A stretch of DNA of 64,000 nt from an uncultured virus (IMG/VR IMGVR_UViG_3300022753_000059) (IMGVR_UViG_3300022753_000059), one strand, 5' to 3'. Shown: positions 30,670 to 41,045, counted from the stretch's first letter. Translations and numbers: made by a program. The notes: generated by a model from the letters alone, not told the origin.

Positions 30670-31206
30670 ATGAACACAGAATTAAATTATTATCGAATCA
30701 AGACCGAGTGGACTTCCGAGCAAGAAGATGGTTCACTGGTGAAGCTCAAGACAGAAGAGCTTGCGTTTGCAACAAGTTACACAGAGGCTGAGAAAATCGC
30801 CTATGCGCTTGTCGAGGATCAGAGACGTGACAAATACGGCTCCGTATCTATTGACATCACAAAGACGAAAATCACAGAACTTCTGTATAACGACATCCTG
30901 GTACACGATGAACGCCTTATCGGTGGACTCGTCTGCAACTACTTCGACTCAGAGGATGACCAGGTTGGCATCTATGCTGTCAAGGTCATGTTCATTGACA
31001 TTGACGAAAAGAGCGGTAAGGAGAAGAAGTCAGTAGAAACTATCTTCACTCCTGCAAAATCCAATACCAATGCTGCTGCATGTATCAACGAGCATCTGGA
31101 AGGCTCAATGAGGGATTATGTAATCCGCGACATCAAATTTGACAAGGCCGAGGCTGTTCTTTGGCCGAAGGATATTCAGCAGTCTAAAATGAACCAAGCA
31201 GCATAA
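30670..31206 (+). CDS. DUF4494-like protein
   Basis: EDGSLVKLKTEE..ATSYTEAE and DEKSGKEKK motifs. Confidence 0.7.
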   Translation: MNTELNYYRIKTEWTSEQEDGSLVKLKTEELAFATSYTEAEKIAYALVEDQRRDKYGSVSIDITKTKITELLYNDILVHDERLIGGLVCNYFDSEDDQVGIYAVKVMFIDIDEKSGKEKKSVETIFTPAKSNTNAAACINEHLEGSMRDYVIRDIKFDKAEAVLWPKDIQQSKMNQAA

Positions 31207-31210
31207 CACT

Positions 31211-31651
31211 ATGCAGCTCAAGGTATCTGGAAGGCCAGTAAATATCACTTGTAACGAGCATTCCTTTCCAGAATTTCCGAATTTGCTCTTCGGGAAAATT
31301 GACAAAGCATCCTATTTTGATGCTTCCGCATATCTTCAAGAGAATCATCCAGAGATTAGCGTCATGGATTTTATGTCTCAGTGTGAGCCGCTGATATTAA
31401 AGCTGCTCAAATCATACGGCATAACATCCGAACAAGTTTTTATCACTAACCAGGATGGTCACATTTTAATTGATGGTACTTTCAGCTACCTCTTCCTATC
31501 TTTTGTTGAACAAGATTTCTTAGCATACATCTTTGATAGGATTCACGAGGTATTCGCTAACGGCTTCTCCGTATCTGACACATATCTACTGCATCATGCT
31601 TCAAGACGTTTGTCTAAGGAACTATTGAGCATGATAGCAAATGGAAAATAA
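31211..31651 (+). CDS. Hypothetical protein
   Basis: 146-aa ORF in operon. Confidence 0.7.
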   Translation: MQLKVSGRPVNITCNEHSFPEFPNLLFGKIDKASYFDASAYLQENHPEISVMDFMSQCEPLILKLLKSYGITSEQVFITNQDGHILIDGTFSYLFLSFVEQDFLAYIFDRIHEVFANGFSVSDTYLLHHASRRLSKELLSMIANGK

Positions 31652-31979
31652 TCTGAGGGAGTCAGAACACCACATCCTCATATTCAACCCAACCAAGCGT
31701 CTTGTCGCAATCGCCCAATCAACATGGGCCGCTGGCCGTATGTTCAAAACCAACCAGCAACGTGTGAAAGACGTTTGCATTGGAAAACAAATATCGACAT
31801 GTGGGTTCTATTTCCGTTATCTGGACGATAGCGTTGAGGTCACGTTCCAAGACCTTGGAACTCTGTCACTCAAAGAGTATGACGAGTTATGCGGTGTTGA
31901 CAGACCAATATACGCCACGAACAAAATGAGCCGTAAAGGTATGAAGTATAAAACAAGAAAAAAGCAAGAAGAAGTATGA
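31641..31979 (+). CDS. Hypothetical DNA-binding protein (NUMOD1-like HTH)
   Basis: [10 protein letters not shown]...[19 protein letters not shown] pattern. Confidence 0.5.
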   Translation: MENNLRESEHHILIFNPTKRLVAIAQSTWAAGRMFKTNQQRVKDVCIGKQISTCGFYFRYLDDSVEVTFQDLGTLSLKEYDELCGVDRPIYATNKMSRKGMKYKTRKKQEEV

Positions 31980-32410
31980 AAATCAAAATCATCAACAAGT
32001 CAGCCAATGAGCTGCCATCCTACGAGACCATCCAGTCCGCTGGAATGGATCTGAGAGCAAACAATGATAATCCCATCATTCTCGCTCCAATGAAACGTGT
32101 ACTCATCCCGACTGGTCTGTACATTCAGCTTCCAGTTGGTTACGAAGCACAAGTTCGCCCACGCAGCGGACTGGCTCTCAAAAATGGTATAACAGTCCTT
32201 AATGCACCTGGAACGGTGGATGCCGATTACCGTGGTGAAATAGGCGTTATCCTCTTTAATGCAAGCGATGAACCGTTTGTCATCAACCGTGGCGAGCGTA
32301 TCGCCCAGATGGTAATTGCCAAACATGAACGTGCCGAGTTTGAACTCGTTGAATCACTGGATGATTCCGAGCGAGGACAAGGTGGTTTCGGACACACTGG
32401 AGTAGCGTAA
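31976..32410 (+). CDS. dut: dUTPase (trimeric type)
   Basis: [37 protein letters not shown]. Confidence 0.97.
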   Translation: MKIKIINKSANELPSYETIQSAGMDLRANNDNPIILAPMKRVLIPTGLYIQLPVGYEAQVRPRSGLALKNGITVLNAPGTVDADYRGEIGVILFNASDEPFVINRGERIAQMVIAKHERAEFELVESLDDSERGQGGFGHTGVA

Positions 32411-32465
32411 TCATTCATAGGTACGGCATAGGGTAACTTGTGCCGTACCATTAATTTCATACATT

Positions 32466-34433
32466 ATGAGTGCAACAGTACAATCGACCGAGGTGAACAA
32501 AATTGAAACATTGTTGGGCCAAATCAAAAAGCACAACGAATCTTACCGTCTTGGATGTCCAGAAGTATCTGACCAAGAATACGATGCAGAAGTAGAACTT
32601 CTCAAAAGCCTCGATCCAGACAATGACTGGTTCAAACATACAGAGCCAGTAAACGTGCCGACAAGCCGTAAGGTGTCTCTTCCAATTCCAATGAAATCTC
32701 TGAACAAGGTGAAGAACCTTCCAGAACTATTCGCATGGTATAACCAGTTTAACATCAATGAAGAGGAACACGTTATCATCACGCCAAAATTCGATGGCCT
32801 CTCACTCCTTTACAACGAGGACACACTCCAGGCTTATTCGAGAGGCGGTGCTGACAACGAAGGCCAGGATTGTACCAAACATGCAAAGATGGCTGGGTTC
32901 AAGCGTGATAACAATATTCTCTATTACTCTTTCGGGGAGTTTGTATTCAGCTGCAAAAACTGGGAGGAACACTTTGCAGGAAAGAAGTCGGAAGAGACTG
33001 GAGAACCGTACAAATCTCCAAGAAATACGGCAGCTGGATTGCTCATGCGCGACCAGCCTTCCGAGTTGTTAAAGTACGTAGATTTCTTCCGCTACGGCAC
33101 AGATGACAACTCACTTACACAGTTCAAGACATACATAGACGTATATCGGTATCTTTGCAAGACATACGACCAGCCATTCCTCATGGCCGCAATTCGGCCC
33201 AAAGACATCACTGAGGATTATTTGCTCAGTCTATTCAAAGAATGGCGAAAGCAATACTACATTGATGGTTTGGTCATCTATATCAACGACCTTTCCCTCT
33301 GGGAGAAGATTGGCCGACACACGACAACTGGCAATCCTCTATACGCCATTGCATACAAACATCCAGACTTCACGGAATCTTTCGAGACTACCGTAAAAGG
33401 AATTGCATGGAGAGCAAGTAAGGCTGGAGCATTGAAGCCAGTTGTAAATATCGAGACAGTTGACACTGGTGATTGCCAGATGGAGAATCCTACTGGCTAC
33501 AACGCAGGATGGATTAACAACATGGAAATCGCCAAAGGTGCCAAAATCCTCGTCACTCGATCTGGAGGCGTGATACCTAAGATTCTCCAGACTCTCATTC
33601 CTGCCACCGAAGAAGAACAGCATGAAATGTGGGATGAACTGGCATTCTGTCCTCATTGCGGAGAGCCTACGTCTTGGAACTCAAGCTACAAGGAACTCAT
33701 GTGTACAAATCCAGATTGTCCTGGCATCAAGCTCGCCAAAATCATATTCTTCTTCACGATATGCGGTGCGGAGAATATGGGTGAAGAAACATTCGCTAAA
33801 CTCTACGATGCTGGCTTCACATCCATAAAGGCTATACTCAATATGACAGCTTCCGATGTTATGAGTATTGATGGATTCGGAGAAAACATGGCCAGCATTA
33901 TTGCCGAGAACGCGAATAAGATCAAAGCTGGAGTCGAACTGCCTACGCTAATGCAAGCAAGCGACTGTTTCCCAGGTATCGGAAAGGTGAAGGCCCAGAA
34001 GATTATTGAAAAACTGTCAGAGGAAAGCCTGGAAGATCTGTATGACGATGAAGTCATCATAGACGTTGAAACCAACAAAGAACTCGTGAAAGAGGCTGAA
34101 AACGAAACGTGGCGTTCATTCTTCCAGGGCTACAATGCCTTCAAGAAATTCATAAAAGACAATGGGCTTACCATCAAAGAGCCAGAAAAAGTTGCCGTTG
34201 ACGCAAACGGACAGTTCAAGGGAATGTCTATTTGCTTCTCTGGAGTCAGAGACGCTTCACTGGAACAGCGCATAGTCGCTGGAGGTGGTGCCATTGCCAG
34301 CGGTGTCAGCAAGAATACAACGCACCTTGTGGTCAAGGATAAATCGGGAACATCAAGTAAAATCTCAAAAGCAAACCAACTTGGTATTCCAATTATCCAG
34401 ATTGATGAATTTGACGATTTCTTCAAAGTATGA
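32466..34433 (+). CDS. ligA: NAD-dependent DNA ligase
   Basis: KFDG adenylation motif, SPRNTAAG, Cys4 zinc finger, HhH repeats, C-terminal BRCT (GVSKNTTHLV). Confidence 0.95.
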   Translation: MSATVQSTEVNKIETLLGQIKKHNESYRLGCPEVSDQEYDAEVELLKSLDPDNDWFKHTEPVNVPTSRKVSLPIPMKSLNKVKNLPELFAWYNQFNINEEEHVIITPKFDGLSLLYNEDTLQAYSRGGADNEGQDCTKHAKMAGFKRDNNILYYSFGEFVFSCKNWEEHFAGKKSEETGEPYKSPRNTAAGLLMRDQPSELLKYVDFFRYGTDDNSLTQFKTYIDVYRYLCKTYDQPFLMAAIRPKDITEDYLLSLFKEWRKQYYIDGLVIYINDLSLWEKIGRHTTTGNPLYAIAYKHPDFTESFETTVKGIAWRASKAGALKPVVNIETVDTGDCQMENPTGYNAGWINNMEIAKGAKILVTRSGGVIPKILQTLIPATEEEQHEMWDELAFCPHCGEPTSWNSSYKELMCTNPDCPGIKLAKIIFFFTICGAENMGEETFAKLYDAGFTSIKAILNMTASDVMSIDGFGENMASIIAENANKIKAGVELPTLMQASDCFPGIGKVKAQKIIEKLSEESLEDLYDDEVIIDVETNKELVKEAENETWRSFFQGYNAFKKFIKDNGLTIKEPEKVAVDANGQFKGMSICFSGVRDASLEQRIVAGGGAIASGVSKNTTHLVVKDKSGTSSKISKANQLGIPIIQIDEFDDFFKV

Positions 34434-34439
34434 TGAAAG

Positions 34440-34466
34440 TGGAGGTCTTAGGGCCTCCATTTTTGT
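34440..34466 (+). terminator. Intrinsic terminator
   Basis: TGGAGGTC...GGCCTCCA followed by TTTTT. Confidence 0.75.
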
Positions 34467-34513
34467 TTGAAATGTTAAATTTTGACTCATTTGCACATTT
34501 TTTCAAAGTATTA

Positions 34514-34545
34514 TTTGGCGGTTAGAATTTCATTTTGTAACTTTG
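34514..34545 (+). promoter_or_regulatory. Bacteroidetes promoter (-33 TTTG, -7 TAACTTTG)
   Basis: TTTG-N20-TAACTTTG upstream of the recombinase. Confidence 0.8.
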
Positions 34546-34573
34546 CACCACAAAAGTGAAACAAAAGCAATTT

Positions 34574-35161
34574 ATGGCAAAGAAAAATCAACTCACAACA
34601 AGCGACTATCTGGAGTATAGCGAATATGAACGGCTCCTGGAATGTCTGCACAAGGACGGTAAGCTGTTATGGGAACTCTACGCAAGAATTTCCTTCTGTA
34701 CAGCTTGTCGGGCATCTGATGTACTTAATTTCAGATGGAAAGATATTCTTGACAAGGATTTCCTCAATGTTACAGAGCAAAAGACTGGAAAGACTCGCGC
34801 CATCAAGATAAACGGAACTGTCAAGAGGCGCATACGGCTACTCTATGAACTAATGGACTCTCCAGAAAAGAACGACTACATCTTCAAGAGTCCGTACACT
34901 GGAAGGTCTCTCACTATCCAGTGTATCAACAAGCAGCTCAAGGAGTTCAAGTGGAAGTACAAACTCAACATTGACCACTTCTCCACCCATACATTCCGTA
35001 AGACATTCGGACGCTACGTTTATGAAACAAACAACCGTAGCGCAGAAAGCCTTATCTTACTCAACAAGATTCTGAACCATACGAGCATCCAGATTACCAA
35101 GACTTACATCGGTATCACGCAGGACGAGATCAACAATATCTTCGACTCCATCAAGTTCTGA
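34574..35161 (+). CDS. Tyrosine recombinase (catalytic domain only)
   Basis: RASD, K, HTFRKT, LNH, TKTYI catalytic residues; about 195 aa. Confidence 0.92.
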   Translation: MAKKNQLTTSDYLEYSEYERLLECLHKDGKLLWELYARISFCTACRASDVLNFRWKDILDKDFLNVTEQKTGKTRAIKINGTVKRRIRLLYELMDSPEKNDYIFKSPYTGRSLTIQCINKQLKEFKWKYKLNIDHFSTHTFRKTFGRYVYETNNRSAESLILLNKILNHTSIQITKTYIGITQDEINNIFDSIKF

Positions 35162-35233
35162 TACCACCCCAATAAATTGAAGCGCATTCGTGCGCCCTTG
35201 CATCTTATTTATTCACAGTTTAGCAAATTCATT

Positions 35234-35809
35234 ATGTGTGAAAGTGCAAGGAAGGCGAATGCTTCCAAAAACGCTTGTTCTATTTGCGGTGGTAGCATTA
35301 ATATCGGAGAGTTCGATATTAGGGCAATCCTTACCAGAAAGATGAAGGCAGAACACCTCTGCTTTACGTGTGCTTTCTGGAAAGACAAGATCGACCATCC
35401 AGTTCCAGGAAGAGAAATTATCAATGGTTGTCATTATGTGTTCCATGAATGGCTCAGACAGCCAGTACCTTTCCAGGGCAGTTGTGGCCATCATTATTAC
35501 ATCCTCAAAACGGATGGCAGTGTAAAACGCTCAAACAACGTATGGTTCCAAGGAGAGATTCCAGAGCGTTTCAAAAGACAGTTACCAAACACAGCAAGAC
35601 TCATCACGAAGAAAGCCTACTATCTCATCAAGAACATGGGCGACTTCAAATGTTGCAAAAAGGGTTGCTGGGATCGCTACCATTGCTATTTTTATGACCA
35701 CACCATTGAAGCTGAGACTGGCCCTTGGAACCAGATTCCAAAGAACCACAAGGTCGGTGCTGAAAACTGTGAAACTTTCCTCAATATGAACACGATGTAT
35801 GAACAGTAG
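35234..35809 (+). CDS. Cys-rich hypothetical protein
   Basis: CxxC pairs; ATG 35234. Confidence 0.7.
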   Translation: MCESARKANASKNACSICGGSINIGEFDIRAILTRKMKAEHLCFTCAFWKDKIDHPVPGREIINGCHYVFHEWLRQPVPFQGSCGHHYYILKTDGSVKRSNNVWFQGEIPERFKRQLPNTARLITKKAYYLIKNMGDFKCCKKGCWDRYHCYFYDHTIEAETGPWNQIPKNHKVGAENCETFLNMNTMYEQ

Positions 35810-36122
35810 TGCCTTGCTAACAATACTTGCGTGTATTCTAATTGTCGGCATCATCATTTTAATAATGGCCGTTAGAAGCACCAATAGGCATATCGAAGCA
35901 CTCGCTTTCTGTATGCACGAGATTCACAAATCTGTATCTCAACAGAGATATATTGACAAGAATCTGGAGAACTTCAAAATAGGTTCTCTCAAATACATCC
36001 TCATCGGCACAAGGCTATACATATCAGCTATCATGGAGAAATCAATCATGGAAGAGCGATATGAAGATGCCCAGCAATGTAAAAATGCAATCAAAGAAAT
36101 TTCAAAACTTATAGATTTTTAA
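35799..36122 (+). CDS. Hypothetical membrane-anchored protein
   Basis: N-terminal hydrophobic helix. Confidence 0.65.
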   Translation: MNSSALLTILACILIVGIIILIMAVRSTNRHIEALAFCMHEIHKSVSQQRYIDKNLENFKIGSLKYILIGTRLYISAIMEKSIMEERYEDAQQCKNAIKEISKLIDF

Positions 36123-36124
36123 TT

Positions 36125-36334
36125 ATGGAATATGTATTAGGATTAATCGTATTGATTGTGCTGTTAGCAATCGTTGTGTTCATTCCGTGCTTCATCATTC
36201 AGAGTCTCGCTTGCAAAGACTGTCCTCTGAAAGAGAAATGCGAGAAAGAAGTGAGAGACAATGGCATCACGCTATGCCACAACAACAACCATCTACACAT
36301 GAATTATTTTAATCACTTCAACCCAATGATATGA
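36125..36334 (+). CDS. Small membrane protein
   Basis: Hydrophobic N-terminus, CxxC. Confidence 0.6.
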   Translation: MEYVLGLIVLIVLLAIVVFIPCFIIQSLACKDCPLKEKCEKEVRDNGITLCHNNNHLHMNYFNHFNPMI

Positions 36335-36669
36335 TAGGCGCAACAATACCCATCGTCTGTTCAACCCCAGCCGTTGACAATAGTGTCCAGATAGAGACAA
36401 TCACACCAGACTGGCCACAAGAAGTAACATTCACATTCCAGGTTCCAGCCGCTATGATAACGACTGAAACAATTGTGAAGCGACACAAAAAGAAAGATCC
36501 GTACATAACCTACATATCTCGCCATCACAGCAGAACATCAAAGCTGATGACTGGATATTCTCGCGTGAACTACTGGAAGCGCATAAGAAGCAGTATTTGG
36601 CAAAAACCATCTGCCAACATCCTTCCGACAATTCAACTCATATTCATTTTAATACTCATACAATTATGA
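36331..36669 (+). CDS. Hypothetical protein
   Basis: ORF fills the operon gap with overlapping start/stop. Confidence 0.45.
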   Translation: MIGATIPIVCSTPAVDNSVQIETITPDWPQEVTFTFQVPAAMITTETIVKRHKKKDPYITYISRHHSRTSKLMTGYSRVNYWKRIRSSIWQKPSANILPTIQLIFILILIQL

Positions 36670-37181
36670 TTCTTGAAAAACTCTCAAAGGAAAAGCTCAT
36701 AGAAGCTCTACACAAACCAATCATGGAATGCTCTGAGGAAGAAATCAGATTCGTGTTCCACATTTTTGGATTCGACCTCAAAGAAGCTTGCTTCAATGAT
36801 AACATCGGAATGAATTTCGAGGTGCATTACAAGCGCGTGTACATCGTGCGTGTCGTGTGTACATTATCTCATCTTCTCAGTTTCGAGAACGAGTACATCG
36901 ACTTTGGCGACAAAACGCATGGAATCTCAATGGGCCACACTGAGACATTGGCAGAGACTATGGTGGTGTTCATCAACATGTTCACGCCCAACCTCCTCCA
37001 GTCTGCTGGATATGAAATCAAGTATGACCCAGAAAACTCTCTGTTTGAAAATCTGGAAGAGGCTCAGGATTATCTCAAGACCATCCAGGAAGAGGCTCAG
37101 AAGATTATCAGCGTGAACCATCCAGACCCAGTTCCAGCCCCAACCCCTAAAAAAGAGAATCCAGATGAAGCAACCAATTGA
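36666..37181 (+). CDS. Hypothetical protein
   Basis: ATG 36666, in operon. Confidence 0.7.
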   Translation: MILEKLSKEKLIEALHKPIMECSEEEIRFVFHIFGFDLKEACFNDNIGMNFEVHYKRVYIVRVVCTLSHLLSFENEYIDFGDKTHGISMGHTETLAETMVVFINMFTPNLLQSAGYEIKYDPENSLFENLEEAQDYLKTIQEEAQKIISVNHPDPVPAPTPKKENPDEATN

Positions 37182-38067
37182 TTTAGTCATTCCATACGTA
37201 AACTACACTGATGAGGAATGGCAGCAAACATTCATCGCTACATGTGAGCAAAACAACATCACACCAGCACCAGAAAGATGGTGCGATATGGGTACTCTGG
37301 TGTATTTGTTCAGAGGCGTTGCTCAGTATATGCCCTGGGTGAGAACGGTTCATCTTCTCGTTGAACGTGAAAGCCAGGTGCCAAAATGGATTGACCGCTC
37401 CAAGGTAAACATCGTGTACCACCATGACATCATACCTTCATGGAACCTTCCGACATACAATTCACAGTGCTTTGAATTGTTCCTTCACAAAATCAAAGGA
37501 CTCAGCGACTACTTCTTGTACGGAAACGATGACATTTTCCCATTGCAGCCAATGGAGCCAGAGGATTTCTTCGACAAGGACACGATGAGGCCCAAGATAA
37601 GAGCATTCGTATCGAATGTAAGCATTATCGACACGTACACTTTTGCACTCCATAACAGCGAAAGATTTGCTCGCAGAATGTTGGAAAGCGGAGAAGTGAA
37701 CCTTGACAAATCATTTAGGTTCGGACATTCCATCAACCCAATGTGCAAGGCTACCTGGCAGAAAATCTGGGAATTTGATGAGAACGCCATAAAAGGCTCC
37801 CTTACGACATTCCGAGACAGCAGGAACATGAACCAGGACGTACACCAATGCTACCATTATCTGAGCGGAAACTACACCAGAAGCAACCGAAAGACAATGT
37901 ACACCAATGTCAAAGATATGCAGAAAGTCCTGGATGGCATCCGCAGCACCGATGTACAAATGCTCTGCATCAATGACACGGCAGTTGACAACATAGAGCA
38001 AGTTTCAATGATTATTAACTTTGAGCTTCAAAAGAAGTTCCCAGAAAAATGTAAATACGAATTATGA
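37165..38067 (+). CDS. Stealth-family sugar-phosphate transferase
   Basis: IDLVIPYVN, YMPWVRTVHL, LPTYNS..FE..LHKIKGLSDYFLYGNDD, LCIND (CR1-CR4-like). Confidence 0.9.
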   Translation: MKQPIDLVIPYVNYTDEEWQQTFIATCEQNNITPAPERWCDMGTLVYLFRGVAQYMPWVRTVHLLVERESQVPKWIDRSKVNIVYHHDIIPSWNLPTYNSQCFELFLHKIKGLSDYFLYGNDDIFPLQPMEPEDFFDKDTMRPKIRAFVSNVSIIDTYTFALHNSERFARRMLESGEVNLDKSFRFGHSINPMCKATWQKIWEFDENAIKGSLTTFRDSRNMNQDVHQCYHYLSGNYTRSNRKTMYTNVKDMQKVLDGIRSTDVQMLCINDTAVDNIEQVSMIINFELQKKFPEKCKYEL

Positions 38068-38867
38068 ACAGAGAAGAATTAGCAAAGATGTGGGCCGACA
38101 AGTTTGACGCTATATATCTGCTGCACTTTATACCCAGCAAAGACAGACTGGCTCCAGCACTGGAAGAATTGAACCGCGTAGGCATCACTGATCATCCGAA
38201 ATTCGTTCTGGATGAGAAAGTGTTCACGCCTTTTGACCGCATCATCTTCAAAAATCTCCGTAGGCCGTACTATGGCGACAACATGACTGAAAAACAGCGC
38301 AGAATCCTGGATATTTCCAAGCAGCACTACGATGTCATCAAGAAGGCGTATGAAAGCGGCTACAAGCGCATTCTCATCATGGAAGATGACGTATGCTTCC
38401 TCAGAGACCTCGATCTGATTAAAACATACATCACCAATATGCCAAACAACTTTGACATACACATCCTGGATTACAGATTCTATCATCCGATGGATAGCGT
38501 GAAGCCGACTGTAGAGGAAAAATACAACAAGGCCCTGGCAGCAAAAATCAACGACTACTACTGTAACGTATCTGACTTTGAGGCCATATATTCGGCAGCT
38601 TGCTACGCCATCAACAGAACGTACATGTATCACATCATCCAGAACACGGAATATCAGCTCCAGCCGATTGACATGCTGACATGTGCCACGCCTGGGAACA
38701 TTGATGAACACATGAGATTCAAACGCTGCATACCAGTGAAGAACGTGGCCATCCAGAGAGCAATCGGCTCATGCGCAACTGGTGGCAACAAGAACGTGAA
38801 GATTTACAAAATGTATGACGATCTGAAATTGGATGTCAACGATTATGCAATAGAAATTAACTGTTAA
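38064..38867 (+). CDS. Glycosyltransferase (GT25-like)
   Basis: HYDVIKKAY...ILIMEDDV, SAACYAIN motifs. Confidence 0.8.
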   Translation: MNREELAKMWADKFDAIYLLHFIPSKDRLAPALEELNRVGITDHPKFVLDEKVFTPFDRIIFKNLRRPYYGDNMTEKQRRILDISKQHYDVIKKAYESGYKRILIMEDDVCFLRDLDLIKTYITNMPNNFDIHILDYRFYHPMDSVKPTVEEKYNKALAAKINDYYCNVSDFEAIYSAACYAINRTYMYHIIQNTEYQLQPIDMLTCATPGNIDEHMRFKRCIPVKNVAIQRAIGSCATGGNKNVKIYKMYDDLKLDVNDYAIEINC

Positions 38868-38904
38868 GCCTTGGGCGGCTTTGTAAAACCCAAAAACAAA
38901 CATT

Positions 38905-39213
38905 ATGAATTTCGGACAAGCAATTGAAGCAGTAAAGCAAGGAAAGCTTGCAGCTCGTAAGGGATGGAATGGTAAGGGCATGTTTATCTTCATGCGCCCA
39001 GAGTGTGAACTGACAGCAGAAACAGTGGTTCTGAAAGTCCAGTCGCTCCCATCTGCATTCAAGGAATGGGTCGCTAAGAACTACAGCGACTCACAGAAGG
39101 ATGTCATCAAGTTCACTCCGTACCTCTGTATGAAAGCAGCTGACAACACCGTTGTGAACGGTTGGCTGGCTTCTCAGACCGACATGCTATCTGAGGACTG
39201 GGAGATTCTGTAA
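38905..39213 (+). CDS. DUF2829-family protein (Tad2-like anti-defence candidate)
   Basis: [25 protein letters not shown] and [13 protein letters not shown]. Confidence 0.85.
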   Translation: MNFGQAIEAVKQGKLAARKGWNGKGMFIFMRPECELTAETVVLKVQSLPSAFKEWVAKNYSDSQKDVIKFTPYLCMKAADNTVVNGWLASQTDMLSEDWEIL

Positions 39214-39221
39214 CCAGTCCG

Positions 39222-39260
39222 TTTTCTGCCACTTCATAGATTATTTGGAGTGGCAGAAAA
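39222..39260. terminator. Putative bidirectional terminator
   Basis: TTTTCTGCCACT...AGTGGCAGAAAA inverted repeat. Confidence 0.6.
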
Positions 39261-39324
39261 ATTTTCTCGCAAAATCGTAAACATTCATATACAAGCAAGT
39301 CTATTCATAGTAAAAACAAAAGCA

Positions 39325-39522
39325 ATGACAAGAAAAAGTATCATTATTGATTTCGACATTGATTTGAAGTTCTGGCACTTGATACCTTCCATCAATATCA
39401 ACCTTCACTCACATGAGCTGGAGTTTGAATTTATGTGCATTGGATTGTACGCATCAATCAAGAAGCCAGCTGAGAGTGAATCGTGGGATAAGCTTCCAAA
39501 GTTCAAATCTTTATTCAAATAA
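39325..39522 (+). CDS. Hypothetical protein
   Basis: ATG 39325 after an A-rich leader. Confidence 0.55.
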   Translation: MTRKSIIIDFDIDLKFWHLIPSININLHSHELEFEFMCIGLYASIKKPAESESWDKLPKFKSLFK

Positions 39523-39526
39523 GTGT

Positions 39527-39880
39527 ATGGACGAAATATACAAACGATATAATCTCATGGTAGATCTCAAGCGTTATTATAAATCAATATCGCAAGAAGA
39601 ACTACAAAAAGCCATCCAAGCATGTGCGGCCACGAAGGAAGAAATGGAGAGCGTGGCCAAACAAATTGGAGCGGCCATCAAACAGCCATCACTATCAGAT
39701 ATGCAACAACAGCTTCAAGCATATCTGAAAGGCTACAGCAAACAAAATATTGACCGCAGGAAACGTCATGGTAAATGCCGATTTGACAAGCAGGGGCTTA
39801 TTCGTAGAATGTGTACATACTGGAATAAACCTATATTGCCAGATACTTGCAAGAAATGTATTAAAGACAATAAAATATGA
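39527..39880 (+). CDS. Hypothetical protein
   Basis: ATG 39527, in operon. Confidence 0.6.
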   Translation: MDEIYKRYNLMVDLKRYYKSISQEELQKAIQACAATKEEMESVAKQIGAAIKQPSLSDMQQQLQAYLKGYSKQNIDRRKRHGKCRFDKQGLIRRMCTYWNKPILPDTCKKCIKDNKI

Positions 39881-40128
39881 AAGAAGAAATCAGATACCTA
39901 TATGATAACCGCGCAACCGACAATGTTGTAAAGGCGCACATCATCGCATATCTACCACATCCAGAACGGCCAGATGACAAACTAATTGTTTATCGCTGGT
40001 TCGGAATCCATAAACAATATTGGTGGTATGGTGTCACGGATGAGGAAGAGCAAGATTTATGGAAAGATTATGTTCAAAAGGCTCTAAAGCTTAGAAAGGA
40101 AAGAAGATGCAAGAAACATTATACATAA
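39877..40128 (+). CDS. Hypothetical protein
   Basis: Start overlaps the end of the preceding ORF. Confidence 0.6.
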   Translation: MKEEIRYLYDNRATDNVVKAHIIAYLPHPERPDDKLIVYRWFGIHKQYWWYGVTDEEEQDLWKDYVQKALKLRKERRCKKHYT

Positions 40129-40141
40129 TAAAATACAAACA

Positions 40142-40843
40142 ATGAAATTATCAAATATTACATTTACTGGCATTGACGGTCGTACAGACCTTGGTGTCTT
40201 ATGGGAAATTCAACAGAAGTACCCAATTGTAGAATGGGGTGTATTGGTTGCTAAGAACTGGAAGGACAATGGCAATCGTTATTTCAACCCAAGTTATTTG
40301 GACTCTTTAGAAAATCGCGGACTCAATCTGTCCGCACATCTTTGTGGCAGCATAGCTCGTGCGGCTGTTAGAGGAGATATAGAACCATTCAGAGAATGGG
40401 CGTGTGGCTATAGCTACATATTTCAACGCTGTCAACTCAACGTAGCGACATCACAAAACAACCCCATGAGTTTTGACTATTCGGGCGAAATCTGCAATTA
40501 TTTCGATGAAGTCATTTTACAACAGAAGTCGGCTCGTGAAGTGCCATTATTCCTCAACAGCAAAGTAAGTCGCCACATTACATGCCTTCTTGATGCCAGT
40601 GGAGGACAAGGTATCGACACGCCTATTGAGATATTGAATCTGCCACATAAGATTGGATATGCTGGAGGTATCAATGCAGATAACGTGGCAGACAAGCTCG
40701 CATACCTACTTGAAAGTGATGACGTGTATGATTTCTGGATTGATATGGAAAGCGGAGTCCGCACAAACGACTGGTTTGATACCGACAAAGTATGGCACAT
40801 TCTGGAAGTTTGCGACAAAATTATTAAAATGTATGAGCCGTAA
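40142..40843 (+). CDS. PRAI(TrpF)-like TIM-barrel protein
   Basis: LLDASGGQG, GYAGGINADNV, WIDMESGVR. Confidence 0.7.
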   Translation: MKLSNITFTGIDGRTDLGVLWEIQQKYPIVEWGVLVAKNWKDNGNRYFNPSYLDSLENRGLNLSAHLCGSIARAAVRGDIEPFREWACGYSYIFQRCQLNVATSQNNPMSFDYSGEICNYFDEVILQQKSAREVPLFLNSKVSRHITCLLDASGGQGIDTPIEILNLPHKIGYAGGINADNVADKLAYLLESDDVYDFWIDMESGVRTNDWFDTDKVWHILEVCDKIIKMYEP

Positions 40844-41045
40844 ATTGACCAGAAAAGACAAGCTGATTCACGCATCTGATTTCAAGTGCGTAGAATGCGG
40901 AGAGCAAGCGGAAGTATTCTTTCCAGTCATGGATCCAGATATTCCGTCTTACCCATATTGCAAAAAGTGTGCTGACAAGGCCCACCAAGAATTAATCATC
41001 AAAATACTCGAAATAGACAGAAAATACAACAATGGAGAGAATTGA
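40833..41045 (+). CDS. Small zinc-finger protein
   Basis: CVEC...CKKC; ATG 40833. Confidence 0.6.
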   Translation: MSRKLTRKDKLIHASDFKCVECGEQAEVFFPVMDPDIPSYPYCKKCADKAHQELIIKILEIDRKYNNGEN

